Shown piece after piece: positions 9,105 through 17,452 of a stretch of DNA of 38,980 nt. The DNA is from a virus: the IMG/VR virus record IMGVR_UViG_3300045988_065349; one strand, given 5' to 3'. Each line of letters begins with the position of its first letter. Within the stretch, counting starts at the first letter, position 1. The notes under the pieces are model-generated. The model did no database searches and had not been told where the DNA came from. It worked only from the letters and a program-made list of their open reading frames with translations. The translations under genes and the position numbers were made by a program.

Positions 9105-11942
9105 ATGATTACAGTAAACGCAAGCAGGCGTGAGCCGATCTGTCTGCGGCATCAGGGTGAAAACGACGCGATGCGGGTAGCCTTCCCTCTTTCAGCTTTT
9201 GAGGCAGACTGGCCGGGCGGCACACCTTTGCTGCTAGTCCAGCGTCCGCGCTCCAGCAGGGACGCGGAGGCGTACCCCGTGGCGCTTTCCGTGGACGGCC
9301 ACACAGCGTATTGGACGGTAAGCGCATCGGACATAGAATACTCCGGATATGGCAAGGCGCAGCTCCAGTGGCGCGTAGAGGACGTTCTTGTAAAATCCTG
9401 CATCTATGATACGGTGTGCGTTCCGTCGCTCCATGCAGGCGCAGAGCCGCCGGACGAGCCGTCCAAGCGCTGGTTCGATGCGATTCAGGCGCAGATTGGA
9501 GATCTTTCCAAACTGACGACAAAGGCAAAGGCTAACCTTGTTGCGGCCATCAACGAGGCGGCACGCTCTGGCGGAGGCTCCGGAGGAGCGGGCACCATCG
9601 ATATGCGCGTCGCGGATGGCTACATCCAGTACAGCAACGACGGCGGCGCGACGTGGGAAAACCTCATTGCCATTGCCGATCTCAAGGGCGCAGACGGTAA
9701 AGACGGAACGAACGGTACAGATGGCACAGACGGGCACACGCCCGTTATCACGGCGTCCAAGTCCGGAAAGGTTACAACGATCAAGGTGGACGGGGAAGCT
9801 GTCGCTACGGTCAACGACGGGGCTGACGGAACAAACGGAACGGATGGTGCTCCGGGCAAGGATGGCGTGACGCCGGATATCAAGATCGGGACGGTGACGA
9901 CGCTGCCCGCAGGAAGCGAGGCTACGGCCAGCATGGGCGGAACTGCCGCACAGCCTACGCTCAACCTCGGAATTCCGAAGGGCGCAGACGGGGACGATGC
10001 GGATGACGTGCCGGTTAAAAGCGTGAATGGCCAGACTGGCGCGGTTAAAACGAGCTGGTATTTCAATGTGACCGGCAGCGTGGAGTCCCCCGCGACGACG
10101 CAGACGGTTGCTCAGATCGTGGCCGCGCAGACGGCGGGATTTGCGCCTATCTGCAAGGCGGTACTCTCGGAGTTTAACGAACTTCCGGCGACACTTCCGG
10201 CGCTGCTGATCTCCGACATGGTCTGCGTTTTCGGCGGGATCGGGACAATTAACGGCATTACTTCTTACCTCGCTGTTATGATCAACGCCTTTGGGACTCT
10301 GGAGGTGACAACGAGCGATGTTGCATCCAAGGATGATATCCCCACGCTTCCGACGGAACTCAAAAATCCTTATTCGCTCAACATCAAGATCGGCGATACG
10401 ACGACGAGCTACGACGGAAGCGCGGCGAAAACCGTGACAATTCCGGAGGGCGGCGGTGCGGATGCATCGCTCGGCATTACCGGCGCGGCTGCCGGTGAAT
10501 TTCCGAAAGTGTCGGCGGTGAACGAAAACGGTGCGCCAACATCATGGGAAACTGTGGAAAGCGAAGAGGTGACGCTCGGTGGAGACGCACCGGCTCCAAC
10601 GGATGCACAGGTGTCCTCGGCGGTGAACACTTGGCTGACGGAGCATCCGGAGGCGACGACGACTGTACAGGACGGCAGTGTCTCCGTCGAGAAGCTCGGA
10701 TACGGCAAGCATGTCTACGGCAGCAAGCCGTACTTTTGCAACAGTGTAGGCTCCGGCGCAGTATCCTACGGTTCCATCGGCGTGGTCGTGCCGTGCAAGG
10801 CTGGCGATACGATCTACTGCAATTTTAATATGTCCCCAAACGGCGCGTACAAGAAGCCGCAGCTGCTTGCCGCGCTCCCGGAAAACCAATATGGTGCAAT
10901 CGCGCCGATTGGAACAATCGAAAAGGATGATACGACAAAGGCGTATACCGTGCCGGCATCCGCAACAACAGCAAAGGCGATGTATCTACCGCAAAATTTT
11001 GTTGGAATCCCGGCAGCAAACAACGGCTCCGTTGAGGATGCACTTGCGTGGATCAACAAAACCATGGGGACGGATGGGTCAAAATGCGCACAGAACGTAC
11101 CGTTTGAAGATTATGATGCATGGTATCAGACGGCACAGGCAGAGCTTTTCGACATTGACGAGAGCTGTAATAAGCTCATGTATGCCTCGCTGTATCAGGC
11201 TGTTTCGAAGCTCGTCGGGGCGAAGGTCGCCGTCCTCGGCGACAGTCTGACGGAGCAGAGCGCGTGTTCGTTTATCACCAGTGCGTACAATGACCGCTGG
11301 ATGGAAAACGTCTTGCGGGATACGGCGCTGACTGGCGATGACGGGAAAACCTACAAAGGCTCCGGATGGTTCGCGCTGATTGCCCGGAAGTATAAGATCA
11401 AGTGGTGGTGCGCCGGACACGGAGCGCAGTGGTGGTACTCCACGACCGAGCGGCCAAATGGCGCGACGGCGATGGTGCGCAAGCTGATCGACGGAACGGA
11501 CGAATTCGATTATATCGTGCTGGAATACGGCACGAATGATATCCTTTCCGGCTACACCCACATCGGCACAGCGGCAGACGAAGCCAGCGAGACGGCGACG
11601 ACCAGCTGCGGCGCGATCAAGTGGTGCATCGAGCAGCTGCAAACGCGATTCCCCGAGGCAAGCATTGTCGTAATTTTGCCGAACATCCGCAGCGGTGCGA
11701 ACGGAGAGTCGCCAGCAATGCAGCAGACGTATCTGGATACCGTCGTACCGATACTCAAGAAGTACGGCGTGCGGCGCGTCAACATGGCCGAGGACAGCGG
11801 CATTGTCAAAAGTATGATGTCCACCGATGGCGTTCACCTGCGCTGGCCGGTTGTGTCGAACAATGTCACACACTACACGAACGATACTCCGGCGGTGCGG
11901 AAATTCAGCAAATGCCTTGAGGCAGAGCTGCTGAAAGCGTGA
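9105..11942 (+). CDS. Tail fibre / receptor-binding protein: BppU-like N-terminus, collagen-like repeats, C-terminal SGNH (GDSL) hydrolase domain
   Basis: RBS gggagag precedes the ATG at 9105. N-terminal region carries an LVAAINEA motif. Two Gly-X-Y runs are present (GADGKDGTNGTDGTDG and DGADGTNGTDGAPGKDG). SGNH blocks are readable: VAVLGDSLTEQ, EYGTNDI and DGVHL. Confidence 0.8.
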   Translation: MITVNASRREPICLRHQGENDAMRVAFPLSAFEADWPGGTPLLLVQRPRSSRDAEAYPVALSVDGHTAYWTVSASDIEYSGYGKAQLQWRVEDVLVKSCIYDTVCVPSLHAGAEPPDEPSKRWFDAIQAQIGDLSKLTTKAKANLVAAINEAARSGGGSGGAGTIDMRVADGYIQYSNDGGATWENLIAIADLKGADGKDGTNGTDGTDGHTPVITASKSGKVTTIKVDGEAVATVNDGADGTNGTDGAPGKDGVTPDIKIGTVTTLPAGSEATASMGGTAAQPTLNLGIPKGADGDDADDVPVKSVNGQTGAVKTSWYFNVTGSVESPATTQTVAQIVAAQTAGFAPICKAVLSEFNELPATLPALLISDMVCVFGGIGTINGITSYLAVMINAFGTLEVTTSDVASKDDIPTLPTELKNPYSLNIKIGDTTTSYDGSAAKTVTIPEGGGADASLGITGAAAGEFPKVSAVNENGAPTSWETVESEEVTLGGDAPAPTDAQVSSAVNTWLTEHPEATTTVQDGSVSVEKLGYGKHVYGSKPYFCNSVGSGAVSYGSIGVVVPCKAGDTIYCNFNMSPNGAYKKPQLLAALPENQYGAIAPIGTIEKDDTTKAYTVPASATTAKAMYLPQNFVGIPAANNGSVEDALAWINKTMGTDGSKCAQNVPFEDYDAWYQTAQAELFDIDESCNKLMYASLYQAVSKLVGAKVAVLGDSLTEQSACSFITSAYNDRWMENVLRDTALTGDDGKTYKGSGWFALIARKYKIKWWCAGHGAQWWYSTTERPNGATAMVRKLIDGTDEFDYIVLEYGTNDILSGYTHIGTAADEASETATTSCGAIKWCIEQLQTRFPEASIVVILPNIRSGANGESPAMQQTYLDTVVPILKKYGVRRVNMAEDSGIVKSMMSTDGVHLRWPVVSNNVTHYTNDTPAVRKFSKCLEAELLKA
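9681..9875 (+). repeat. Collagen-like Gly-X-Y coding repeats inside the fibre gene
   Basis: Two runs of 3-codon periodic ggn-nnn-nnn repeats. Confidence 0.8.
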
Positions 11943-11951
11943 GGTGAGAGT

Positions 11952-13817
11952 ATGGCATTAAAAACGCTTTACAAAGATGGGAAGCCGTTGACGCTCGGCG
12001 GAAAGACGCTGACGATAGAGATCACAGAATCGAGCGGCGCGGACTCCATCCAACACGCAGATATTCCGGATTACGTCAAGGCCGAAGCGTTGGCCGTGGC
12101 AGAGAAGGTGAACGCAGTCCGGACATCGGACAGCATTGTGTTTATTGCGGCGTCGGACGCGCACCAGCATGACAGCAGCGCGGATATCGTGGCCGGAAAC
12201 CTGAACGCGGCGCAGGCGATGAAGGCGCTGACCTACATTCTGCCGGGAATCGATTTCTGCTGCTATCTCGGCGACTACACTTGGGGAGCCAGCACAACGA
12301 CGATCGCGGAGACAAAGCAACATATTGCGGAGATCAACGCGGACATTGACGAAGCGTTTCAGGGGATACCGCAGTTTCGGACGGTGGGCAATCACGACGC
12401 GGGAGCGTATGCCGTCACGCAGAACGGGACGACGATACCGGATTCGGAGCTTTTCCAGCTTATCGGGAAATATTGCGAGGGAGCCACTTATGGCTCGACT
12501 GTCGCAGGATACTGCTACAGAGACTTCGAGAGCAAAAAGTTGCGCGTGATCTGTCTGAACACCTCGGAAAGCCTGACGGCGGACAAAGCGTCTACGGGCT
12601 ATGTATCGGATGCGCAGGCAGCATGGTTCGCGAAAACGCTGAAGGCGGTCGGAGCAAAATCCGGGTGGCGGGTGCTGACGCTTTCGCACCATCCGTTGGA
12701 TTGGAGCGTCGTGAGCGTATGCGCCAACATCGTCAAGGCGTATGTCGAGGGAGGAAGTATTGTAGTTGGCGGAGAGAGTGTGAATTTCGCGAACTCCAAC
12801 AGTGCACAGTTTCTTTGCGCATTCCACGGACATGTACATTGCTTTAAGACCGCGAAGCTGAACAGCATTTCCGGCAACACACCTACAGAATTTAACGCAT
12901 GGCGCGTGGCGATCCCCAATATGTGTTTTAGCCGGAACAATGAATATGGCCAAAACGGCAAGGGCGAGTATTACGGGATCGAATTCGGAGAAGAAACGAC
13001 GTACAACAAAACGGCGGGAACGGCAGACGATACGGCATTCGTAGTAAACGTGCTCAATCCAGCCGCGCAGAAAATCTACAGCTACTGTTTCGGCGCGGGG
13101 TACGACCGTGAGGTATTCACGGGCATTTCGTCTGTGGCGGTTACGGGCGTGACGCTCAATGCGACCTCCGGCGAGTTGACAAAGGGCGGCACGGTGACGC
13201 TCACTGCCACGGTGACTCCGGACAACGCAAGCAACAAGACGGTCACTTGGACAAGTTCTGCACCAACAGTGGCAAGCGTCGTGAATGGCGTCGTGACAGC
13301 GCTCTCCGCAGGAACAGCGGACATTACCGCGACTACAGAGGACGGCGGGTTCACTGCGACATACCATTTGACGGTAAAAGCACAGACGGTGGACGTGCTG
13401 GCGACCTATGGCTACGCAGATAATACGCGCCTGTCAACCAGCTCCGGAACGGAGAAATCGGCAGCGGGATATGTGACCATTGGCCACACCAGCAAGATAC
13501 AGATCAGCAACAAGCTTTATCCAAATGGGCTGACGATCCGGCTGAGCGGCGCAGATCAGGTAACGGGCGGCTCGACGTCAAGCCCTTACAGTGACAGCGC
13601 AATGTGCTGGTATACAGCGGCTGGCGTGTTCTCAAGCGCCGTGTACATTTACAATGCGGACAATTTCAGCCTCAATTCCAAGATGGCGGTGGATTCCGAC
13701 GCAAAGGGATTTACGCTTTCGTGGGAGGCCGGGAAAGTGCCGGAGATGCAGTATGGTATCGCATTTGCCGTAAAGGGTACAGGCGCGAACCTTACCGTTA
13801 CACTGGCTGCAAATTGA
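11952..13817 (+). CDS. Calcineurin-like metallophosphoesterase fused to a Big_2 Ig-like domain and a C-terminal beta-rich domain
   Basis: The metallophosphoesterase motif series is readable: ASDAHQH, GDYTW, GNHD, SHHP and GHVH. A Big_2-like segment follows (VTGVTLN...TVTWTSSAPTVASV...ITATTEDGG). The gene lies in the tail-tip module. Confidence 0.8.
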   Translation: MALKTLYKDGKPLTLGGKTLTIEITESSGADSIQHADIPDYVKAEALAVAEKVNAVRTSDSIVFIAASDAHQHDSSADIVAGNLNAAQAMKALTYILPGIDFCCYLGDYTWGASTTTIAETKQHIAEINADIDEAFQGIPQFRTVGNHDAGAYAVTQNGTTIPDSELFQLIGKYCEGATYGSTVAGYCYRDFESKKLRVICLNTSESLTADKASTGYVSDAQAAWFAKTLKAVGAKSGWRVLTLSHHPLDWSVVSVCANIVKAYVEGGSIVVGGESVNFANSNSAQFLCAFHGHVHCFKTAKLNSISGNTPTEFNAWRVAIPNMCFSRNNEYGQNGKGEYYGIEFGEETTYNKTAGTADDTAFVVNVLNPAAQKIYSYCFGAGYDREVFTGISSVAVTGVTLNATSGELTKGGTVTLTATVTPDNASNKTVTWTSSAPTVASVVNGVVTALSAGTADITATTEDGGFTATYHLTVKAQTVDVLATYGYADNTRLSTSSGTEKSAAGYVTIGHTSKIQISNKLYPNGLTIRLSGADQVTGGSTSSPYSDSAMCWYTAAGVFSSAVYIYNADNFSLNSKMAVDSDAKGFTLSWEAGKVPEMQYGIAFAVKGTGANLTVTLAAN

Positions 13818-13824
13818 GGAAAAA

Positions 13825-14217
13825 ATGATGGATACATGCGTATGCTGCGGGCGGGCCGTGCCGGAGGGCAGGATGGTTTGCCCGGAGTGCGAAATAGAAA
13901 GCTTTGAAAGGAGTATCAAGATGGATGATGGAATTCAGGCGCAGATCGCCTCCGTGGAGGCGCGATGCAAGAGCAACTCGCACAGGATCGACGAGCTGGA
14001 GGCAGACAACAGGGCGCTGCATCAGCTGGCAACCTCGGTGGAGGTGCTGGCGACCAAGCAGGAGGCAATTGAGGAAAACGTGAACGAGATCAAGGCCGAT
14101 GTGAAAAGCATCAAGGCGCTGCCGGGGAGCCGCTGGGAGGCGGTCGTAAAGGGAGTTGTCACGGCAATCCTTGCAGGTCTGATCGGATTTGCGCTGGCGA
14201 AGCTGGGGCTGGGCTGA
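13825..14217 (+). CDS. XhlA-like lysis-associated membrane protein, with a possible in-frame internal start at 13921
   Basis: Coiled coil plus a C-terminal TM helix (VVTAILAGLIGFALAKL). N-terminal 32-aa CxCC...CPEC zinc-ribbon-like extension. A strong RBS gaaaggag precedes the internal ATG at 13921. Confidence 0.6.
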   Translation: MMDTCVCCGRAVPEGRMVCPECEIESFERSIKMDDGIQAQIASVEARCKSNSHRIDELEADNRALHQLATSVEVLATKQEAIEENVNEIKADVKSIKALPGSRWEAVVKGVVTAILAGLIGFALAKLGLG

Positions 14218-14474
14218 TGCGCAGAGACAAAAAACGATGGACAAAGGGCCGTATGGCCCGCGAGCTTGTGTACTACTGCTTGTGGATGCTCACGGCAGTA
14301 GCCACATGGGCGATGATTCTGAAAACTGCCGCCGTCCTCCTGGACAGGACGTGCGACCTTTCGGATGTGCTGGTGTTCGCAAGCGCGGCCTTCGGCGGGG
14401 AGTTGCTTTTGCTCCTGCTCAAGAGAGTATTTGCAAAACCAAGTGATACGAATGACGAAAATGGAGGTACATAA
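14217..14474 (+). CDS. Holin-like protein with two predicted TM helices
   Basis: ATGA-type overlap with the previous gene. 85 aa. Basic N-terminus, two hydrophobic helices and a charged C-terminus. Confidence 0.55.
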   Translation: MRRDKKRWTKGRMARELVYYCLWMLTAVATWAMILKTAAVLLDRTCDLSDVLVFASAAFGGELLLLLLKRVFAKPSDTNDENGGT

Positions 14475-14477
14475 AAT

Positions 14478-14795
14478 ATGGACTACACGAACATCATCAC
14501 GGCAGTCATTACGCTGCTGACGGCGCTTGTGTCGGCGTTCCTCATCCCGTGGATGAAAGAGCGCATCGGCGCTGAAAAGCTCGCCAAATGGCAGCAGTAC
14601 GTTGATATCGCGGTCAGGGCTGCGGAGCAGCTCTACAACGCGACGGACGGCGCGGAAAAGAAAGCCTATGTGCTGCGCTATCTCGCGTCCAAGGGCATCC
14701 AGTTTGACAGTGACACCGTTGACAAAATGATCGAATCGGCGGTGCTGACGCTCCACCATGAGCTTTATGGGGGTGCTTCCGATGCCGGTAATTAA
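14478..14795 (+). CDS. Holin, LL-H-like (single N-terminal TM)
   Basis: 105 aa. N-terminal TM (IITAVITLLTALVSAFLIPW) followed by an amphipathic region. Lies directly upstream of the endolysin. Confidence 0.65.
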   Translation: MDYTNIITAVITLLTALVSAFLIPWMKERIGAEKLAKWQQYVDIAVRAAEQLYNATDGAEKKAYVLRYLASKGIQFDSDTVDKMIESAVLTLHHELYGGASDAGN

Positions 14796-15477
14796 AGACG
14801 CGCTCACGCCGATCAACCATCGAGCGGGCGGCTGCACGCCGAAATGGATCGTCGTACACTACTTCGGTGCGCTCGGCTCTGCGGCCAGCGTGGCCGAGTG
14901 GTTCAAAAACCCGCAGGCCAGAGCCAGCGCGCACTACGCCGTAGACGAGGGCGATATCATTTACCGGTGCGTCAAGGACACGGATGTTGCGTGGCACTGC
15001 GGAGACGGTACGCTGCATCCGGAGTGCCGGAACTGGAACTCCATCGGCGTGGAGCTGAGACCGAAGAAGGTCAATCCGAAGCGCATGGGAGCCTACGACA
15101 CCGACTGGTTCTTCGAGAAAAAGGTGCTGGACAATGCCGAGTGGCTCATCCGCAAGCTCATGAAGGAGCACAACATTCCGGCGGATCACATCATCCGGCA
15201 CTATGATGTGTCCGGGAAGTACTGCCCGCGCCCGTTTGTTGGAACGGACATGAACACCTACTATCACACCACTGGCAACGAGCAGTGGAAAAAATTCTTG
15301 GAAAGGTTTGAAGATGAAGTGGTAGAGAAAAGCAAAATGATCGTGGACGGCAAGGAGGTCGCCGTCGAACGCATCCTGAAAAACGGCACGAACTATGTCA
15401 AGGTGCGCGATATCGCCGCCGCGCTGGGCCTGAAGGTATCCAATAAGGGCAATATTGCCGTGCTGGACACGAAGTAA
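14758..15477 (+). CDS. Endolysin: N-acetylmuramoyl-L-alanine amidase (Amidase_2/PGRP type) with a C-terminal wall-binding-like domain
   Basis: Motifs IVVHYFG, AHYAVD, AWHCGD, SIGVEL and RHYDVSGKYCP. The start is uncertain (in-frame ATGs at 14758, 14767 and 14782). Confidence 0.9.
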   Translation: MSFMGVLPMPVIKDALTPINHRAGGCTPKWIVVHYFGALGSAASVAEWFKNPQARASAHYAVDEGDIIYRCVKDTDVAWHCGDGTLHPECRNWNSIGVELRPKKVNPKRMGAYDTDWFFEKKVLDNAEWLIRKLMKEHNIPADHIIRHYDVSGKYCPRPFVGTDMNTYYHTTGNEQWKKFLERFEDEVVEKSKMIVDGKEVAVERILKNGTNYVKVRDIAAALGLKVSNKGNIAVLDTK

Positions 15478-15486
15478 GGAGGGCGT

Positions 15487-15711
15487 ATGCTGCGGGGGCT
15501 GCCGAGTCTGAGCCGCAGCGATTGGGAGCATTTGATCGACGAATGGATTCTTTCGGAGCGATACCGGGGAATCCTGAAACGGAAGATTCTTGACGATTGG
15601 AGCCATGAGCGCATTGCCGAGCGCGAGGGCTTGAGCGTAAACGGCGTCAAGAAGATCATAGCGCGGTGCATGAATGTACTGCGGGAGCATGCAAAGGAGC
15701 CGCCCGGATAG
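15487..15711 (+). CDS. Small sigma-70 region-4-like HTH protein
   Basis: 74 aa with ...ERIAEREGLSVNGVKKIIARCM..., a helix-turn-helix of the sigma r4/LuxR type. It is the last gene of the late operon. Confidence 0.6.
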   Translation: MLRGLPSLSRSDWEHLIDEWILSERYRGILKRKILDDWSHERIAEREGLSVNGVKKIIARCMNVLREHAKEPPG

Positions 15712-15719
15712 GGCGGCTC
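15697..15719 (+). terminator. Hairpin at the end of the late operon (9-bp perfect stem GAGCCGCCC/GGGCGGCTC)
   Basis: Perfect inverted repeat spanning the stop codon. The downstream sequence is AT-rich but there is no clean U-tract. Confidence 0.4.
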
Positions 15720-15745
15720 ATGAATATTAAATTTTACTAAATGGG

Positions 15746-15774
15746 TTGACAATGAATTTTCGCTGTCATAATAT
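15746..15774 (+). promoter_or_regulatory. Sigma-70-type promoter TTGACA-17 nt-TAATAT
   Basis: Consensus -35, 17-nt spacer and near-consensus -10, in an AT-rich intergenic island about 130 nt upstream of the NYN gene. Confidence 0.7.
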
Positions 15775-15780
15775 ATAAGC

Positions 15781-15896
15781 ACAACGAAAGTAATGTTTGT
15801 TTACTACGTCCGTTGTGTCATTAACAGGCCCCCGGTATTAAGCACCCCATTCATACGGGGAATGCTGCAACCGGGGGCTTCATCATTTTTTAGGAG
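15781..15896 (+). promoter_or_regulatory. Structured 5' leader of the NYN gene (two hairpins, the second terminator-like)
   Basis: ACAACG/CGTTGT stem at 15781-15816. Long hairpin GCCCCCGGT...ACCGGGGGC at 15828-15878, with an inner CCCC/GGGG stem. This is followed by TTCATCATTTTTT and the RBS aggag. Confidence 0.5.
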
Positions 15897-15903
15897 CTGA
15901 CAT

Positions 15904-16611
15904 ATGAAAAAGACAGCAATTCTTGTAGATGGTGCGTTTTACAGAAAGCGGGCGTTTTACCTTCGGGGTGATAAAAGCCCGATTGACCGCGCAAACGAAT
16001 TGTATGCCTACTGCATGGCACACATTCGCGATGAAGGAAAGGATAGTAACCACAGAGAAGAGCGTGAACTGTATCGTATCTTCTATTACGATTGCCCGCC
16101 GCTGAAAAAGACAGTCTATCATCCTGCGTTGAAGTGCGGGATCGACTTTGGAAAATCCGATACTTATCGTTGGGCAAATGCATTTTTTGAAGAATTGAAA
16201 AAGAAACGCAAGGTCGCACTCCGAATGGGCCGGCTGTCTGATGCAGGCGCGCACTTTGCACTTTCGGCGGATGCTACAAAGGCACTGTGCAGAAAGGAAC
16301 GAAGCGTTGGGGATTTAACGGAATCAGATTTTACGATCTCCTTCAACCAGAAAGGCGTTGATATGCGCATCGGATTAGATATTGCGTCACTTGCGTATAA
16401 AAAACAAGTAGATCAGATAATTTTACTGGCAGGCGACAGCGACTTTGTGCCAGCAGCAAAACTGGCCAGACGAGAGGGAATTGACTTCATTCTTGATCCA
16501 ATGGAGGCAACCATTCCCAAGGACTTGTTCGAGCACATTGACGGGCTTAAGTCGTGCTGGAAGAAGCGGGAACATAAGAAGATGATCGTGCCAATTGAAA
16601 AACAGGATTAA
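15904..16611 (+). CDS. NYN-domain (LabA/DUF88-like, PIN-fold) predicted ribonuclease
   Basis: N-terminal AILVDGAF, KGVDMRIGLD and LLAGDSDFVPAAKLARREG match the acidic motifs of the NYN domain as I recall them. Lower GC than the flanks. Confidence 0.8.
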   Translation: MKKTAILVDGAFYRKRAFYLRGDKSPIDRANELYAYCMAHIRDEGKDSNHREERELYRIFYYDCPPLKKTVYHPALKCGIDFGKSDTYRWANAFFEELKKKRKVALRMGRLSDAGAHFALSADATKALCRKERSVGDLTESDFTISFNQKGVDMRIGLDIASLAYKKQVDQIILLAGDSDFVPAAKLARREGIDFILDPMEATIPKDLFEHIDGLKSCWKKREHKKMIVPIEKQD

Positions 16612-16628
16612 ACTATCATATGTGAAGG

Positions 16629-16666
16629 CAGCCACTCCGTAAGGGGTGGCTGTTTTTATATTTTTT
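16629..16666 (+). terminator. Rho-independent terminator after the NYN gene
   Basis: 10-bp stem CAGCCACTCC/GGGGTGGCTG, GTAA loop, then TTTTTATATTTTTT. Confidence 0.85.
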
Positions 16667-16767
16667 GTGCCCGAAAGGTGGCCGAAGAGTTGGTTTTTTG
16701 TTCTTCGTGGATGCCTCATAATGAGCATAGGAGCTGGCCAGCTTACTATTTTATCGGAGGTACTACT

Positions 16768-17403
16768 ATGGAATACGCAAGCAAGGGACTCGCGGGGACT
16801 GCGCTGGGATTTGGCATCGGCGGCGCCGCGATGAGTCTGGCAAACGGCGGGCTCGGCAATCTGCTGGGCGGCCTCGGACAGAACAACAAGCCGGCAGCCG
16901 CTGACGTCGTTGCAGCAGTTACGCCTGCCATGACGGTCGCCGCCATGCTCGCCGCGCGGCAGCAGGCGCCGACGTGCAGCGAGAACATGCCGGTCACGCG
17001 CTACGATCTCGACCGGGAGCAGAAGCTGGCCGCGAAGGACAGCGAGATCGCGCTGCTCAAGGCCAACACGTACAACGACGGCAAGATGCTGGAGGTGTAC
17101 GGTTATATCGACAGGCAGCTCAAGGACGTCCGTGAGACGCTGTGCAAGCAGGCCGTCCACAACCAGCGCACCGAGGACAGTTTCACGCTGGTAAAGCAGG
17201 ACGTCGAGTCCGTCCGCAAGGAAGCGCTTGATGCGATCAAGATGGAGGCCGAGCGCCGCTGCTGCGGTGACAACTCCATCGTCACCTACGTCAACGCGAC
17301 CTTTTATCCCAAGCAGGTCGCCGACGTCACCACGGGCACCGCGACCACGGCGCAGACGCTCTACAACCCGATCCAGAAGTGCGGCGGGTGCTGCAACAGC
17401 TAA
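16768..17403 (+). CDS. Unknown protein: Gly-zipper-like N-terminus, coiled coil, Cys-cluster C-terminus
   Basis: RBS ggagg. 211 aa. Segments: GLAGTALGFGIGGAAMSLANGGLGNLLGGLG, a heptad-like central region, then RRCCGDN ... KCGGCCNS. Confidence 0.65.
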   Translation: MEYASKGLAGTALGFGIGGAAMSLANGGLGNLLGGLGQNNKPAAADVVAAVTPAMTVAAMLAARQQAPTCSENMPVTRYDLDREQKLAAKDSEIALLKANTYNDGKMLEVYGYIDRQLKDVRETLCKQAVHNQRTEDSFTLVKQDVESVRKEALDAIKMEAERRCCGDNSIVTYVNATFYPKQVADVTTGTATTAQTLYNPIQKCGGCCNS

Positions 17404-17452
17404 GGAAAAGGGGCGGCAATAGCCGCCCCATCCTTAAAGGAGGAAATCTGCA

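Noticed and set aside
9681-9875. Periodic repeats in the fibre gene considered as a non-coding repeat array.
   Set aside because: The 9-nt periodicity corresponds to Gly-X-Y collagen-like codons within an intact ORF.
15781-15896. Assignment of the NYN leader to a known riboswitch class (preQ1, guanidine-II, c-di-GMP and others).
   Set aside because: I could not match loop or junction consensus sequences by eye. Only the secondary-structure potential is reported. This needs an Infernal/Rfam scan.
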